Shown here: positions 12,883 to 24,850 of the stretch, piece by piece
How positions within the stretch are numbered: the first letter of the stretch is position 1
Layout of the letters: each line of letters opens with the position of its first letter
NCBI GenBank assembly: GCA_032718475.1
Contig: JAUCBJ010004350.1
Location: 62,001-126,000 of the forward strand
Length of the DNA stretch: 64,000 bases
Direction: 5' to 3'
Origin: Nemertoderma westbladi
Taxonomy: Eukaryota > Animalia > Xenacoelomorpha
Notes under the pieces: generated by a model
Told to the model about the DNA's origin: nothing
Databases searched by the model: none
The model's input: only the letters and a program-made list of their open reading frames with translations
Position numbers and translations under genes: made by a program

Positions 12883-15403
12883 GTGGCGCGAATTTTGTTC
12901 CTATTGCCTTTTTGAGAATGTTGTTCCAACGGATAGCGAACTTTGTTCCTCTACTTGCGAACTACTGTATGTTCATATCGAATTTTCAAGGATAATTATG
13001 CTCCAATTATTGCGAACCTTGTTCCTATTATTGCGAACTTTGTTCCAATCTCTGTAAGTTACTTTCAGTTTGTGGATTGGATTATTTATTACTAAGTTAT
13101 AACGAACCTAGTAACCTAGTTATAATGAACTAAGTTATAATATAATCTTTAGACTGGGTAGTTTTTGTCTAAAGCTGAGCCCGGCAAAAACACGATGGAT
13201 GTATGTACAGTATGTATGTATGTTTAACCACCAAATGGCTTCAACCCACTTGCATGTATTGGAGATTTGTAAACGCAAACTATTTATCAAATATTATCTA
13301 GGCCTAGTTGTTGAATAAAAAAGTTTGGAACGATTCGATGTGCAATATTCGAAATATTAGCACATTATCAATATTTTGGAACTTGAAATGAAATACCTGG
13401 CCCATGTGAAGAATACCAGACTTGCTGCCGTTATATTTCACTTTGCAGTTATCCCATATGAAGAATACCAGGTTTTCACCAAAAACACAGGTTACAGAAG
13501 GGCTGAATCTAACCAAAACAATAAACGAATAAGTATCTATACAGGTTATAAGACAGAAATAAGCGCTATAAAAAACACTTAATAAAGATAAATTTAAAAA
13601 ATACAAAAATCTCCATATATAAAATGAAAAACGAAAAGTGAAATCCTGGTATTCTTTACATGTGCGAAATACCTACAACTACACATTGACAGATGAACAA
13701 CATTTCACTACACTACTTATTGTCAATTGGAGTTACGTACATTTTAATTATATCGGTAATTATTGTTCTATCTGTATTCAGTCAGTTAGTGTAATATCAT
13801 GCAGTACATCATTTATATATCGTATCTACAGGGCCTATTGTATTGTTACAATTATTTATTATCTATATATCTGATCAGTATAAGATCTATTATCCTATAT
13901 AAATGCATCCATCATCTTAGGCAGTGTAAGTATAGGCCTAATATAACGCTATAATATTTAATGTCAAAATTGATAAAATACCATTGGGGAGTTGTATAAC
14001 GTTACCCAGTTGAGGAGCCACGTTACCCAGTTGAGGAGCCACGTTACCCAGTTGAGGAGCCACGTTACCCAGTTGAGGAGCCACGTTACCCAGTTGAGGA
14101 GCCACGTTACCCAGTTGAGGAGCCACGTTACCCAGTTGAGGAGCCACGTTACCCAGTTGAGGAGCCACGTTACCCAGTTGAGGAGCCACGTTACCCAGTT
14201 GAGGAGCCACGTTACCCGGTTGAGGAGCCACGTTACCCGGTTGAGGAGCCACGTTACCCAGTTGAGGAGCCACGTTACCCAGTTGAGGAACCACGTTACC
14301 CAGTTGAGGAGCCACGTTACCCAGTTGAGGAGCCACGTTACCCGGTTGAGGAGCCACGTTACCCAGTTGAGGAGCCACGTTACCCAGTTGAGGAGCCACG
14401 TTACCCAGTTGAGGAGCCACGTTACCCAGTTGAGGAGCCACGTTACCCGGTTGAGGAGCCACGTTACCCAGTTGAGGAGCCACGTTACCCGGTTGAGGAG
14501 CCACGTTACCCAGTTGAGGAGCCACGTTACCCAGTTGAGGAGCCACGTTACCCAGTCGAGGAGCCACGTTACCCGGTTGAGGAGCCACGTTACCCAGTTG
14601 AGGAGCCACGTTACCCGGTTGAGGAGCCACGTTACCCAGTTGAGGAGCCACGTTACCCAGTTGAGGAGCCACGTTACCCAGTTGAGGAGCCACGTTTCCC
14701 AGTTGAGGAGCCACGTTACCCGGTTGAGGAGCCACGTTACCCAGTTGAGGAGCCACGTTACCCAGTTGAGGAGCCACGTTACCCAGTTGAGGAGCCACGT
14801 TACCCAGTTGAGGAGCCACGTTAATTAATTGTTTGACTGAGGTTTTATATTCTCATGAGATTGTGTTAACCTAAACAATCGTAAACTTACTACTAAAGAA
14901 ATCATGAGAAAGTTGACGGCATTAAAATTTATTAATTTCAGAATGCATGTTGTAATTCATCAACCGTACAGTAGGTCTATCTACTGTAGTAGGCCTACTG
15001 TAATTGTGAGTGGAACAAAATTCACAGTCATAGGAACAAAGTTCGCAGTCATAGGAACAAAGTTCGCAGTCATAGGAACAAAGTTCGCAATAGATTTCCG
15101 AGACAGGAAGACTAATTAAATTTCATAGGAACAAAATTCACTCAAATAGGAACAAAATTCGCAGTCATAGGAACAAAGTTCGCGATAGATTTCCGAGACA
15201 GACAGACTAATTAAATTTCATAGGAACAAAATTAACTCAGGAACAAAATTCGCAGTTATAGAAACAAAGTTCGCGATAGATTTCCGAGACAGAAAGACTA
15301 ATTAAATTTCATAGGAACAAAATTCGCAAAAATAGGAACAAAGTTCGCTGTGAATTGGAACAAATTCGCATTTTCCCATTTTAGGAGCAAAGTTCGCGAT
15401 CCG
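12883..15403. mobile_element. MULE-type non-autonomous element in the intron
   Basis: 9-bp TSD GCTTCGAGG (12874-12882, 15404-15412); inverted subterminal GCGAACTTTGTTCC / GGAACAAAGTTCGC repeats. Confidence 0.7.
13999..14823. repeat. 21-bp minisatellite (CACGTTACCCAGTTGAGGAGC), about 39 copies
   Basis: Directly visible; explains both 7-aa-repeat ORFs. Confidence 0.97.
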
Positions 15404-15954
15404 GCTTCGAGGAGCATTGCTTTGTTAAATACTGTCGTGCGGAGATGGTGGTATGGAATAATGTTCCAAATTATGGGGACTAGAAAACTCATTGTCGTGG
15501 CAGTGTGAGTCTACCTAATGGTGGATAAAATTTTATTTTGCGTAACTCACCGAGTTTATATTAGTGGATAGTTGCGGTTTTCTTAAACAATACACCGAGA
15601 TCAGCTGAAAGGTTGATATTGTGATTATGAATAATACATGAATTACAGCTTCAATGTCCAGCCAGCGGAAGAACATTAAATTTTTATTGTAATTATTGAA
15701 GTTTATGGCCAATCCAGTTTCATTCTTTTGTGATTTATTTAATATTAAACGCAATAATTACTGTATATGTTATACAGTATCATCAGTTTTTCTAATCATG
15801 TCAAATATATTTAGAGAAGAAAACCCTTTATAATTGGATATGTTTAATTTATCAAAATATATTCGGTTAGTAATTTTTGATACCTTAAAATTTACTCTTG
15901 AACCACCATTTAATCAGCAGCTTTCACTTCCCTCATTACTCACTTAGTCGTACT

Positions 15955-16492
15955 CAGTGGCGGATTTAGAAATTTCGAAAGGGCCATGGCATATTTAAGG
16001 GGGGGGGGGGGGGGGGGTCATCACACCCAATCCCCCCGCCGCCAAGTTGGAATACTTATCGAATACGCGCTGTACAAATTATAAATTGACGCCACGCCAG
16101 ACGAAAATTTGCCGCGCACATACTTAAAATTCGCGCTGCCTGCCCTCACTCCAAATTTGCATAGAACTTCCTCAAAATGTTCCAAATTTGCAACAAAATG
16201 CTAATTTAAAATAATTATACTGGTCTGTTGGTAAATATGTTGATGAAATGCAGACAAATGCTACGTAATTTGCAGATTCTAATCAGACAAAACTTCAATG
16301 AGTATACCTTTTAAAGCAAAGTAAGAAAACACGAGCCCAGCGAGCGGAAATTTTTAGGATTAGGGTTATGATGAATAGCTGGAATGTAGTGTTGCTGAAT
16401 AAATATATCAGGAGTAACAAAATAGATTTACCGTATTTTCCAAGGGGGTATATCATGACATGGTGACATCATACCCCCTAAATCCGCCACTG
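15955..16492. mobile_element. hAT-type MITE
   Basis: TIRs CAGTGGCGGATTTAG / CTAAATCCGCCACTG; 8-bp TSD GTCGTACT / GTCCTACT (1 mismatch). Confidence 0.8.
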
Positions 16493-16739
16493 GTCCTACT
16501 GTATTTTATCCTTTCTCCGTTTTCAATTCACAGCGCTCACGAAATATTTTAGCTCATATTATTGGCTATATTTTATTTAATTTTTGTAGTCTCTATGCAG
16601 AAGTAAAAAACATGAACATAAGAAGAGCATTTAGTATAAAATATAAATTATATTGGTTTGCATTGTACTCTTCAACTCCAATATATCAAAATATATCAAA
16701 TATATCTTAAAATAATATTGGTTTGCAACTGTTTTTCAG

Positions 16740-17341
16740 GTGACGATACTGTGATCCTTTCAGTTGCGCTCGCCGAGAATGTCACGTCTGACGATGATGA
16801 AGAGAGTTGGTTCGATGCTACCGCAAACTTCGCGGACATACTTAGGGAAACCTCTTGGAGGTTTTCCGATTGTGATGTGAACGCTATCATTGTTATCTCA
16901 GCCAATGAGGGAATCCTAAGACTATCCATCTCTTTGGATGATAATCTTCCATTTTTAGTTTGCTTAGTGGAAAAAATATTCCGTTCTAGAATAGACGACT
17001 TGGATGGCGGAGATGTATACTTAGCCTTATCGAATACTATCGACGACATTTATAAAATGTCTCACAAAGTTTTTAAACCCTGTGGAGGCTCAATCTCACA
17101 ATTAGCTATTGTAATAATGACGGTAATTGTCGCACTGGTGCTACTTTCGCTTTGTTTTGTTAAGATAATTAGTCGTAAAATATCTCCTAAAGAGGATAAA
17201 CCTAAGCGACAAGAGCCTGGACTACTTGTGCGATACTACAGGCGGAGGAGCACAGCGATTAGCCTGCACGCGGGAATGGAAATTAATTCATCGTTTCCAT
17301 TAAATTACAACGCACCTAATAGGCATCCAACAGAAGCATGA
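16740..17341 (+). CDS. MOLO-1/TPM-domain protein, exon 2
   Basis: TTTTCAG| acceptor in phase 1; TM helix LAIVIMTVIVALVLLSLCFV followed by basic tail; joined ORF 283 aa; AATAAA near 17464. Confidence 0.75.
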
Positions 17342-19723
17342 TTATTGGGAGAGGTGGGGGGTTGAATCGCAAGTCACTAATTACAGTAGTTCTAGAACGG
17401 GGATCGATAATGTGTGGGGGGTTTGGGTTTAATCTCTTTATCTTTATTTAATTATCTAAAGTAAATAAATAATATTTATTTGTGTTGCATATTTTTATAC
17501 TCCATTTCCTATGTGTCGCTATGCAAATGCAACAAACTCGATTTAAATTTATATATGTAAATATTATATCTAATAGGCCTAGTGTTCTATATATTTGCCG
17601 TAACTAATCAATTTTAATGATATCTATAGGCCTAATATTAGCATCCGAACATTGCATTTTGGTACCTGGTCGACCTGGTACCCGGCCACCAGGTGATAAA
17701 TCCACATCATCCGTTGCCACTTATGTGCTGGGTCAGAATGATTCCAGGCTCAAAGAATCCACTTTACGAAAAATAATACGGAACTCTGGAATTATCTAGA
17801 CCAAATATTTTTTGATCTAGAATGAATTTTATAAAAGCTTAAAAAAATAATTGTTTTTATTAATGAAGTTGCATTAGATGTCACGGGAATTATGTTTTCT
17901 AGAACAATTGAACAATGTGAAAGTTGATGTATTTCTAAAGCTACAATTTATAGCTAAGAATAGCTATCAAGCTTCTACACAAAGAAACACCATTTGCCGA
18001 TATCCTGTACTTGATTGGACGTTATTGCCAATAATTGTAATGCTTAATTGCCTGCAAAGAAACAAAAAATATTTGTTCTTGAACAATTTGTATTTGTTTT
18101 AATTCTGCTAACATGTTCTATAACATGTCCAAAAAAGATGTCCAAAAAGGAAAAGGGTCAAAATCACTAAAAAGTGGCCAAAATTAAGTCGTCAAACATT
18201 TTTGTTTCAAAACCTATAAACATATATATCTATTTACATCATTGTGTGCAAAGTAGCACTTTGCAGCGTTATGACCCGAGCTTATCCATGCACCGAGCGA
18301 GCGCAGCAAGGGAGGTTTACATAAATAAATAAGGGTCTTTAACGCTGAAAAGTGACCTTTGCAAGCAATGATGTATGTAATTTTGTTACATTATGTCACC
18401 TTATCAGCGTTCGGTATGTGAAGAAAGAATTTTATGGATGCTCATTTAAACATTTTAATCATGTACTATATCGAATATAATAAAATTCATTAACAGGTAC
18501 ACAGTATTAATTATACATTTAAATCTAATTAAGGTTTATTAGTGGGGTCGCTTAAGGCTGAAATATAGCAAAATCGTTAATTGCCGGACAAAAGCATGAA
18601 AATGTCACTATATAAGTAAAATTATGTGTAGATTAATCTGAGCCTGTGTACCAAAACAATTGACTACTTCCCTAGCAACAGGGTGACTTTTTCATAGCAA
18701 CCGTTGTATATTTAATGTAATTATGGTTGAAACTTAGGAAAAACAACCTGTCTAGCAATAGAAGATGGTTAATAGTGACATTTGCGCTGATACACATTTT
18801 CTTGGCAACAGGGTGACCTTTCCCTAGCAACCGCTGTATATTTATTGAAATTTTGATTGAAACTTGGGATAAACAACATGTCTAGCAATAGAAGATGGTT
18901 ATTAGTGACATCGGCGCTGATACACGTTTCCTTAGCAACAAGGTGACCTTTCCCTAGCAACTGCCTGCAATTCTGATTGAATCTTGGGATCATGTTGGGA
19001 TAATCAACCTGTATAGCAATATAAGGCCCATGTGAAGAATAGCAGACTTTCTGCTGTTATATTTCACTTTGCAGTTACTCCCTTGTGAAGTATACCAGGT
19101 TTTCACCAAAACCACAGGTTACAGAAGGGCTGGATCTAACCAAAACAATAAACGAATTAGTATATGTACAGTATATATACTTTATGGGAATAATGTGTGT
19201 TTATAAAACTACAGTGTAAAAGTACAGTTAAAAATCCAAAAATGTAGCCACGGGCGGAGCTGACCCCATAATAATAATAATATAATAATACAATATGGAT
19301 ATATTTCTCTAACAAATCTGTAAGAACTACTGTACTTCCAACTTCAAATTTTTTTTTACTATTTCACTTGCCAGGCCCAGATGTAATACGGATTTAGAAC
19401 ATCGTCATGCACTGAAAGGAGGCCAGTGGAACAAGATATCCTTGGCAATAACTTAAATCGTTCTAGAATGTTTCGCATATAATGAAAACAAACACAGATA
19501 AATATAATACCAATACTACCGGTAACTGTTGTTGTATTTTATTCGTGTAGGAAAATGGTCAATAATCAGAGTGGAATATAATAGTCAGTCATTTTGCGAT
19601 TCTAGAATTAGAATTATGATACAGAATAGTACATCATGGTACTAGTGAGCTGGTTATTGCTTATTCCCTCGAAATTCACATTATGTAACTTTTGTTTTGG
19701 TTTGTGGTTTGTATATATTTATT

Positions 19724-20317
19724 GGCACTACTTCGCCCTGTCGACAGCCTCTGTCAATTTTTTTAACCATTAATTTTTTTTGTGTTTTTCAATGTTTTTT
19801 TTTTGGTAATGGTGAAGGTTCTAGAATGTAGTAATGGTGAATGTTTTAATAGCAGCTATCTTTTTTTTACTAGCTAGCATTTTTTGAAAATAAAAAAAAT
19901 TTTTGTAAACATTATTAATTAGCTAGCGTTTTTATGAAGATAGTGGGTTTTTTTACTACAGTAGCTAGTAATAGTAAGTATTTAAAATCTTTCAAACTGA
20001 TTTTTTTAATGTTACGTTATTTATAGGTTGGTTGGTTGGTAAACAAGCCTATATTTTTTATGGGTTTTATTTTATTATTCTTTCCAGCGACACTGTGCTG
20101 AATTTAGACTCAGAAAACTGTACCGCCACACGATGTTCAAATAATCTCAAACGATGTTTAATATAAACTATAAACTGTTATAATATCATCAATATTGATA
20201 TCTACTAAATGTTCTAGAAATTCTTTTTTCACCAATACCAAAAAAGCATTAAAAAACTCTAAAAAGGACTGGTGAAAAAATCGCAGGGGGTGTCGAGAGG
20301 GCGATGTATGTAGTTCC
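19724..20317. mobile_element. MITE with GG..CC ends, Merlin-like
   Basis: Imperfect TIRs GGCACTAC..CGCCCTGTCGACA / TGTCGAGAGGGCG..GTAGTTCC; 8-bp flanks TATTTATT / AATTTATT. Confidence 0.55.
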
Positions 20318-20806
20318 AATTTATTAATGGGAATTAATTAACCTGTACAAAATTTATTCACACATTTGACTTTTATTTTTCATCTGTAGTTGACTATTAT
20401 TCAGGTAGGTACTGGTGTAGCCCGTGTCACCATTACGGATTGTGTTTTTCAATAGCTGTTTTTGCTCATTGATTTATGTTCTGGAATATAGTGTGAACTC
20501 ATTACACGTTAAATTTTTGTGGTAGCTAATGTTTTCGATGGTCGCTAGTCTGTTTTTCATTATAGCTATAAAATTATTGTTATATAGCCTATTATTATAA
20601 TAATCTATAAAATAAAATAAAATTTTTTATAATTTCAAAAAAGGCCACGTAATACCTCCAAAAGGTATTACCTTTAAAACAGCTTTTAAAAATAGCAGAA
20701 TAATATTGAAACGGGCTACACTACTACCAATGTGATGTCTTAACATTCATTACCATTTACCTACAAACATGATACTATAAATTTGATGAGAATAGTTTAC
20801 TAGTAG

Positions 20807-21620
20807 TTGAACCTAAAATCTCGAGTTTGTAAATCAATGGAGACCCTTCTAGACTTTAGTAAATGTATTATATGTCAGAAAACTTCCGCGGAAAAACTTA
20901 ATAACCCGTGCAATACACCAGCTTCTGAAGAAATCATCGGAATATATGAGCGTTTTCTTACAATGTCAATCAATTTAGAGACATTGGAATGTTACCAATC
21001 GAATTAAGTTTCAGTGCAGAAACCAAGGCATTTTATCTGCTCAGAAATGTTACCAAGTGGCACCATTCTTGTCGGTTGGTTTTTTGCAATAACAAACTGG
21101 AACGTAAATTAAACAAACGAAAGCAATTGCAGCGTCCTTCACGAAGTATAGCGAGTTCAAACGAAAATAATATATATGATGATGTTAAGCTACAGAAAAG
21201 AACCCAGTTACATAACAATAAAGCTTGTATCTTTTGTGAAGGTGACTCTGGCGACTTACATGACTATTCCACGCTAAATGCACAGCAAAATTTGACAAAC
21301 ATGGCAAATGATATGAATGATTTTCAAATGATACGTAAGGGTGGTGGCGACTTTGTAGCGAGTGGTGCAAAATATCATACAGAATGCCTTACAAAATACA
21401 GAAATACGCATAGATCATTTCTTCGCTCGCGACAGGACAAAGAATGGCAAATCAATAATGTAATAATGATGATCTTGTTAATCATATTGAAGAGTCAGTG
21501 GGGAGTGGAACAAGTGTGTTTAAGCTAGCAGAGCTACATAAAATATTGTCAGATCGATTAGAAGAACTGGGATACTATGTCTAAGTGAATAAAACTCACC
21601 TAATGGATGACATTATTCAA
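20807..21620 (+). pseudogene. Academ transposase N-terminal remnant
   Basis: CIICQ, KWHHSC, CIFC and GDFVASGAKYHTECL motifs spread over frameshifted ORFs. Confidence 0.7.
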
Positions 21621-21776
21621 CATTCTCTTGTTATTGATCACATATGATTCGTATAATTAAAAGAATTGGTATAACTATAATACTAAGTATAACTATAATA
21701 CTAAATAATTTAAATTTACAGCCTTGTGGCTGTGTATTTGATGCATAAACACATTATCCTCATAAAGCCAAAAGTG

Positions 21777-22455
21777 GGTATTAGTATGGCCTGTGACCCC
21801 ACTTTTTGATGAAAAAAAATAACTAGTAATTTATGATATACTAGCTACATATGTTGGTATTATGTTTGCCCCACTCAAGTTCTACATTCTGGAACATTTT
21901 TCTTGTGTTGCTATGGTAACCAAGTGTTGTAAATAATGATTTATTGAAGGTTAATCGAATATGTTATTTAATGAATATAACAATGTAAATTGATTAGTTT
22001 TTTGTTTTTGAACTGAATTAAACAGATTTCTATAATTCGCTATTGTTTATTAGTGTTATCAGTTTGCTGAATGGGGCCTCCCTGTTGTAATTTCGCCACC
22101 AAAATTCAGCGAGATGATTCTGTAACAGGTTCTTATTGGTTCCTCTCTTGTTCCTCGACTGAATATAATGTTCCAGAAACTCATAACTATGGTTTTTACA
22201 CGCAAAATTAAGCAATTTTATTGTACATAAATTTTCAAAACTAACATTCTTAAAACGCCTTTTTTCTCCAAAATGGTAACCATGGCAACTGTCAAATAAC
22301 ATTCTGGAACATCGCAATAGATCGTTCTATCAAGTTAGTTTTTTTCAAAAAGTCTCCAAAAAAAAAGAAAGAAAAGAAAGGAAAGTCTCTATCTAAATAG
22401 ACTATCTAGTTAGTTTTTTTCATCAAAAAGTGGGGTCACAGGCCATACTAATACC
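21777..22455 (-). mobile_element. Merlin (IS1595/ISXO2-like) deletion derivative
   Basis: Near-perfect TIRs of about 40 bp starting GGTATTAGTATGGCC; 8-bp TSD CAAAAGTG; transposase C-terminal remnant LQNHLAEFWWR..PF..LI at 22030-22170. Confidence 0.8.
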
Positions 22456-23206
22456 CAAAAGTGCAATATTTTTTAAATATAGATATCACCTTTTGTTTCT
22501 ATGAAAACGTGCATCACAGCTCCAATATAACTACTAACCATCTTATATTGCTATAAATGCTGTTTATCTCCAGTTTCAATATTAATTACACTAAATTTCA
22601 GGCAGTTCCTAGGGAAATGTCACCTTGTTGTTATGGACACGTGTATCAGCGCCAATGTTATTACTAACAATCTTCTATTGCTAGACAGGTTGATTACCCC
22701 AAGTTTCAATCATAATTTCATTAAATATACAGCCGTTGCTAGGGAAAGGTCACCCTGTTACTAAGGAAACGTGTATCAGCGCCTATGTCATTACTAACCA
22801 TCTTCTATTGCTAGTCAGATTGATTATCCCAAGTTTCAATCATGATTACATTAAATATAGAGCGGTTGCTAGGTAAAGGTCTCCTTGTTGCTATGGAAAC
22901 GTGTACAGACTTATATTATAAACTAAACCCAGTTATATAATCGTAATTGTTGTATATGGTGAGTTTCAATATCAGAAATGACCAATTTTACCCGGTTGCT
23001 ATGTAAAAGTCACTCTGTTGCTAGGGAAGTAGTCAATTTTTTTGGTACACAGGCTCAGATTAATCTACACATTTTTTTACGTATATAGTCACATTTTCAT
23101 GCTTTTGTCCGGCAATTAACGATTTTCACCTTAAGCGACCCCACTATATTGGAAGTTATCTTCTGCTTGGAATATGCAAACACGTGCTGCTTTAATGAAT
23201 AGAGAA

Positions 23207-24197
23207 CAAGCTGTACTAAATAACAGGTCATACAGCGAGCTGATTACTGAAATTAGCGTGGGCCGATATTTTCCCTATTTATGGCACTTTTTTCATAATA
23301 TTTCCTTAGTAACTTCTTATGTGCTTCTTTGGTTAGGTGGCTATGATGACTAGGATTCATAGCAATGTAATAAAATGTGTTTCTAGACGACAATGGATTC
23401 TTCCCTTGAAATTTGGTAGGTGATTGATGGAAATAAAAGTCTATCAAAATATTTTACATTTGAATTTGTTTACATTCCCGTTGCCATGGAAATAAGTAGA
23501 ATGAAAAATTTTAAAAATTGTCTACCAATTCTATAAAACACCATTTTTATTCGGTTTGTCAGTCTAAATAATAAGTTAAAATTGCAAACATTTTATTTTA
23601 TAATTCGTCAATTGTGAATCATATTTATAATAAAGGTCAATATTTGCAAATAAACTAAACTGTCCAATCAGAGGGCAAGATCTGTTATAGCATGATTTTG
23701 ACATTCCAGAATATTACATTTCGTTTAGCAATTATTAGAAATAAAGGACAGCTACCAGGCATGTTTGCTGAAAATTATATAAGTAGTAAATAGTAGCCCA
23801 ATTTCTATCTGGCGGTCAAAATGGGAAATTATCGTAATTCCCGTCACCATGGAAACGGGATTGAAAAAGAAATTGAATGTAAAATATTTTGATAGACTTT
23901 TATGCCCTTTACTCATATACCAAATCTCAAGAACAGAATCCCTTGTTGTCTTGAATTACATACGCTCGAAATTTGAACTTTGAACCCGGTTACCTTGGCA
24001 ACTACAAGATAAAAATTCCAGAAACACATTTTATTACATTTCTATGAACCCTAGTCATCATATCCACCTAACCAAAGTTGCATAAGAGAGGTTTCTAAGA
24101 AAATATTATGAAAATAGTGTCATAAATAGGGAAACGATCGGGCCACGCTAATTTCAGCAATCCGCTCGCTGCATGACCTGTTATTTAGTACACCTTG
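23207..24197. mobile_element. Long-TIR MITE, possibly P-element-like
   Basis: Inverted arms over 180 bp starting CAAG.TGTACTAAATAACAGGTCA; flanks ATAGAGAA / ATAGAAAG (degenerate TSD). Confidence 0.6.
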
Positions 24198-24850
24198 ATA
24201 GAAAGCACGCATTAATATAAATGGAAATAATACATTCTGGAATACGGTAATTGAAGTTGTTTCCATGTTATTGATTACTTTGCAGCGTTCCGTCCTATAG
24301 GCCGCAACGCTGCAAAGTACTACTTTGCAGCGTTATGAGTAATTCACCAGAAAGCTGTTAAGTTGACATAAATGCAACAAATAGTTATTTTGCCCCAATG
24401 CCCCAATGCAGCGTGCATTAAGAATGCTATGCCGGCTTACACGCGCCTAAGAAACATGATCCTCCAAACTGCTTCAATGTTTTCATGTAACCACAAATTA
24501 TTCACTATAGACCAACATACGAAACCATTTCTTTACTATATAATTTCACCTTTCTTTACTATAAAATATATTTTTTTAACAAATTAAATGCTCCTTTTCT
24601 CTTTATGTTTTCAAAATTATTAAAATGCTATTTGGTATGTATTTGGTATGGCGAAAATTTCCCGCTGGCGAAGGTTGGGGATCCCGACCGGTTAGTTTGT
24701 GTCGTGTTTAGTACGCGTCGCCGCATCCTAGTAACTGCAAAGGCTTCACTCCCTGTGATGAGTTATTAACTATCTCCAAGATAGCACCATATTGCCTCAT
24801 ATTCCTTCTCGGTATGCAATACCATATTATCACATTTTAGACAGTAAGGA

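Larger units (their letters stand above)
18540..23146 (+). mobile_element. Academ DNA transposon, internally deleted
   Basis: TAG..CTA termini (TAGTGGGGTCGCTTAAGG / CCTTAAGCGACCCCACTA), 3-bp TSD TAT, long TIRs with about 125-bp subterminal repeats. Confidence 0.75.

Noticed and set aside
13938-14828. 293- and 278-aa repeat ORFs
   Set aside because: Stop-free frames of a 21-bp minisatellite inside an intronic transposon.
20408-20728. Short inverted repeat GTGTAGCCCGT / ACGGGCTACAC as a classified MITE
   Set aside because: No TSD could be defined.
18540-23146. CACTA/EnSpm assignment
   Set aside because: Ends are TAGTG..CACTA, the reverse of CACTA elements, and the coding remnant is Academ-like.
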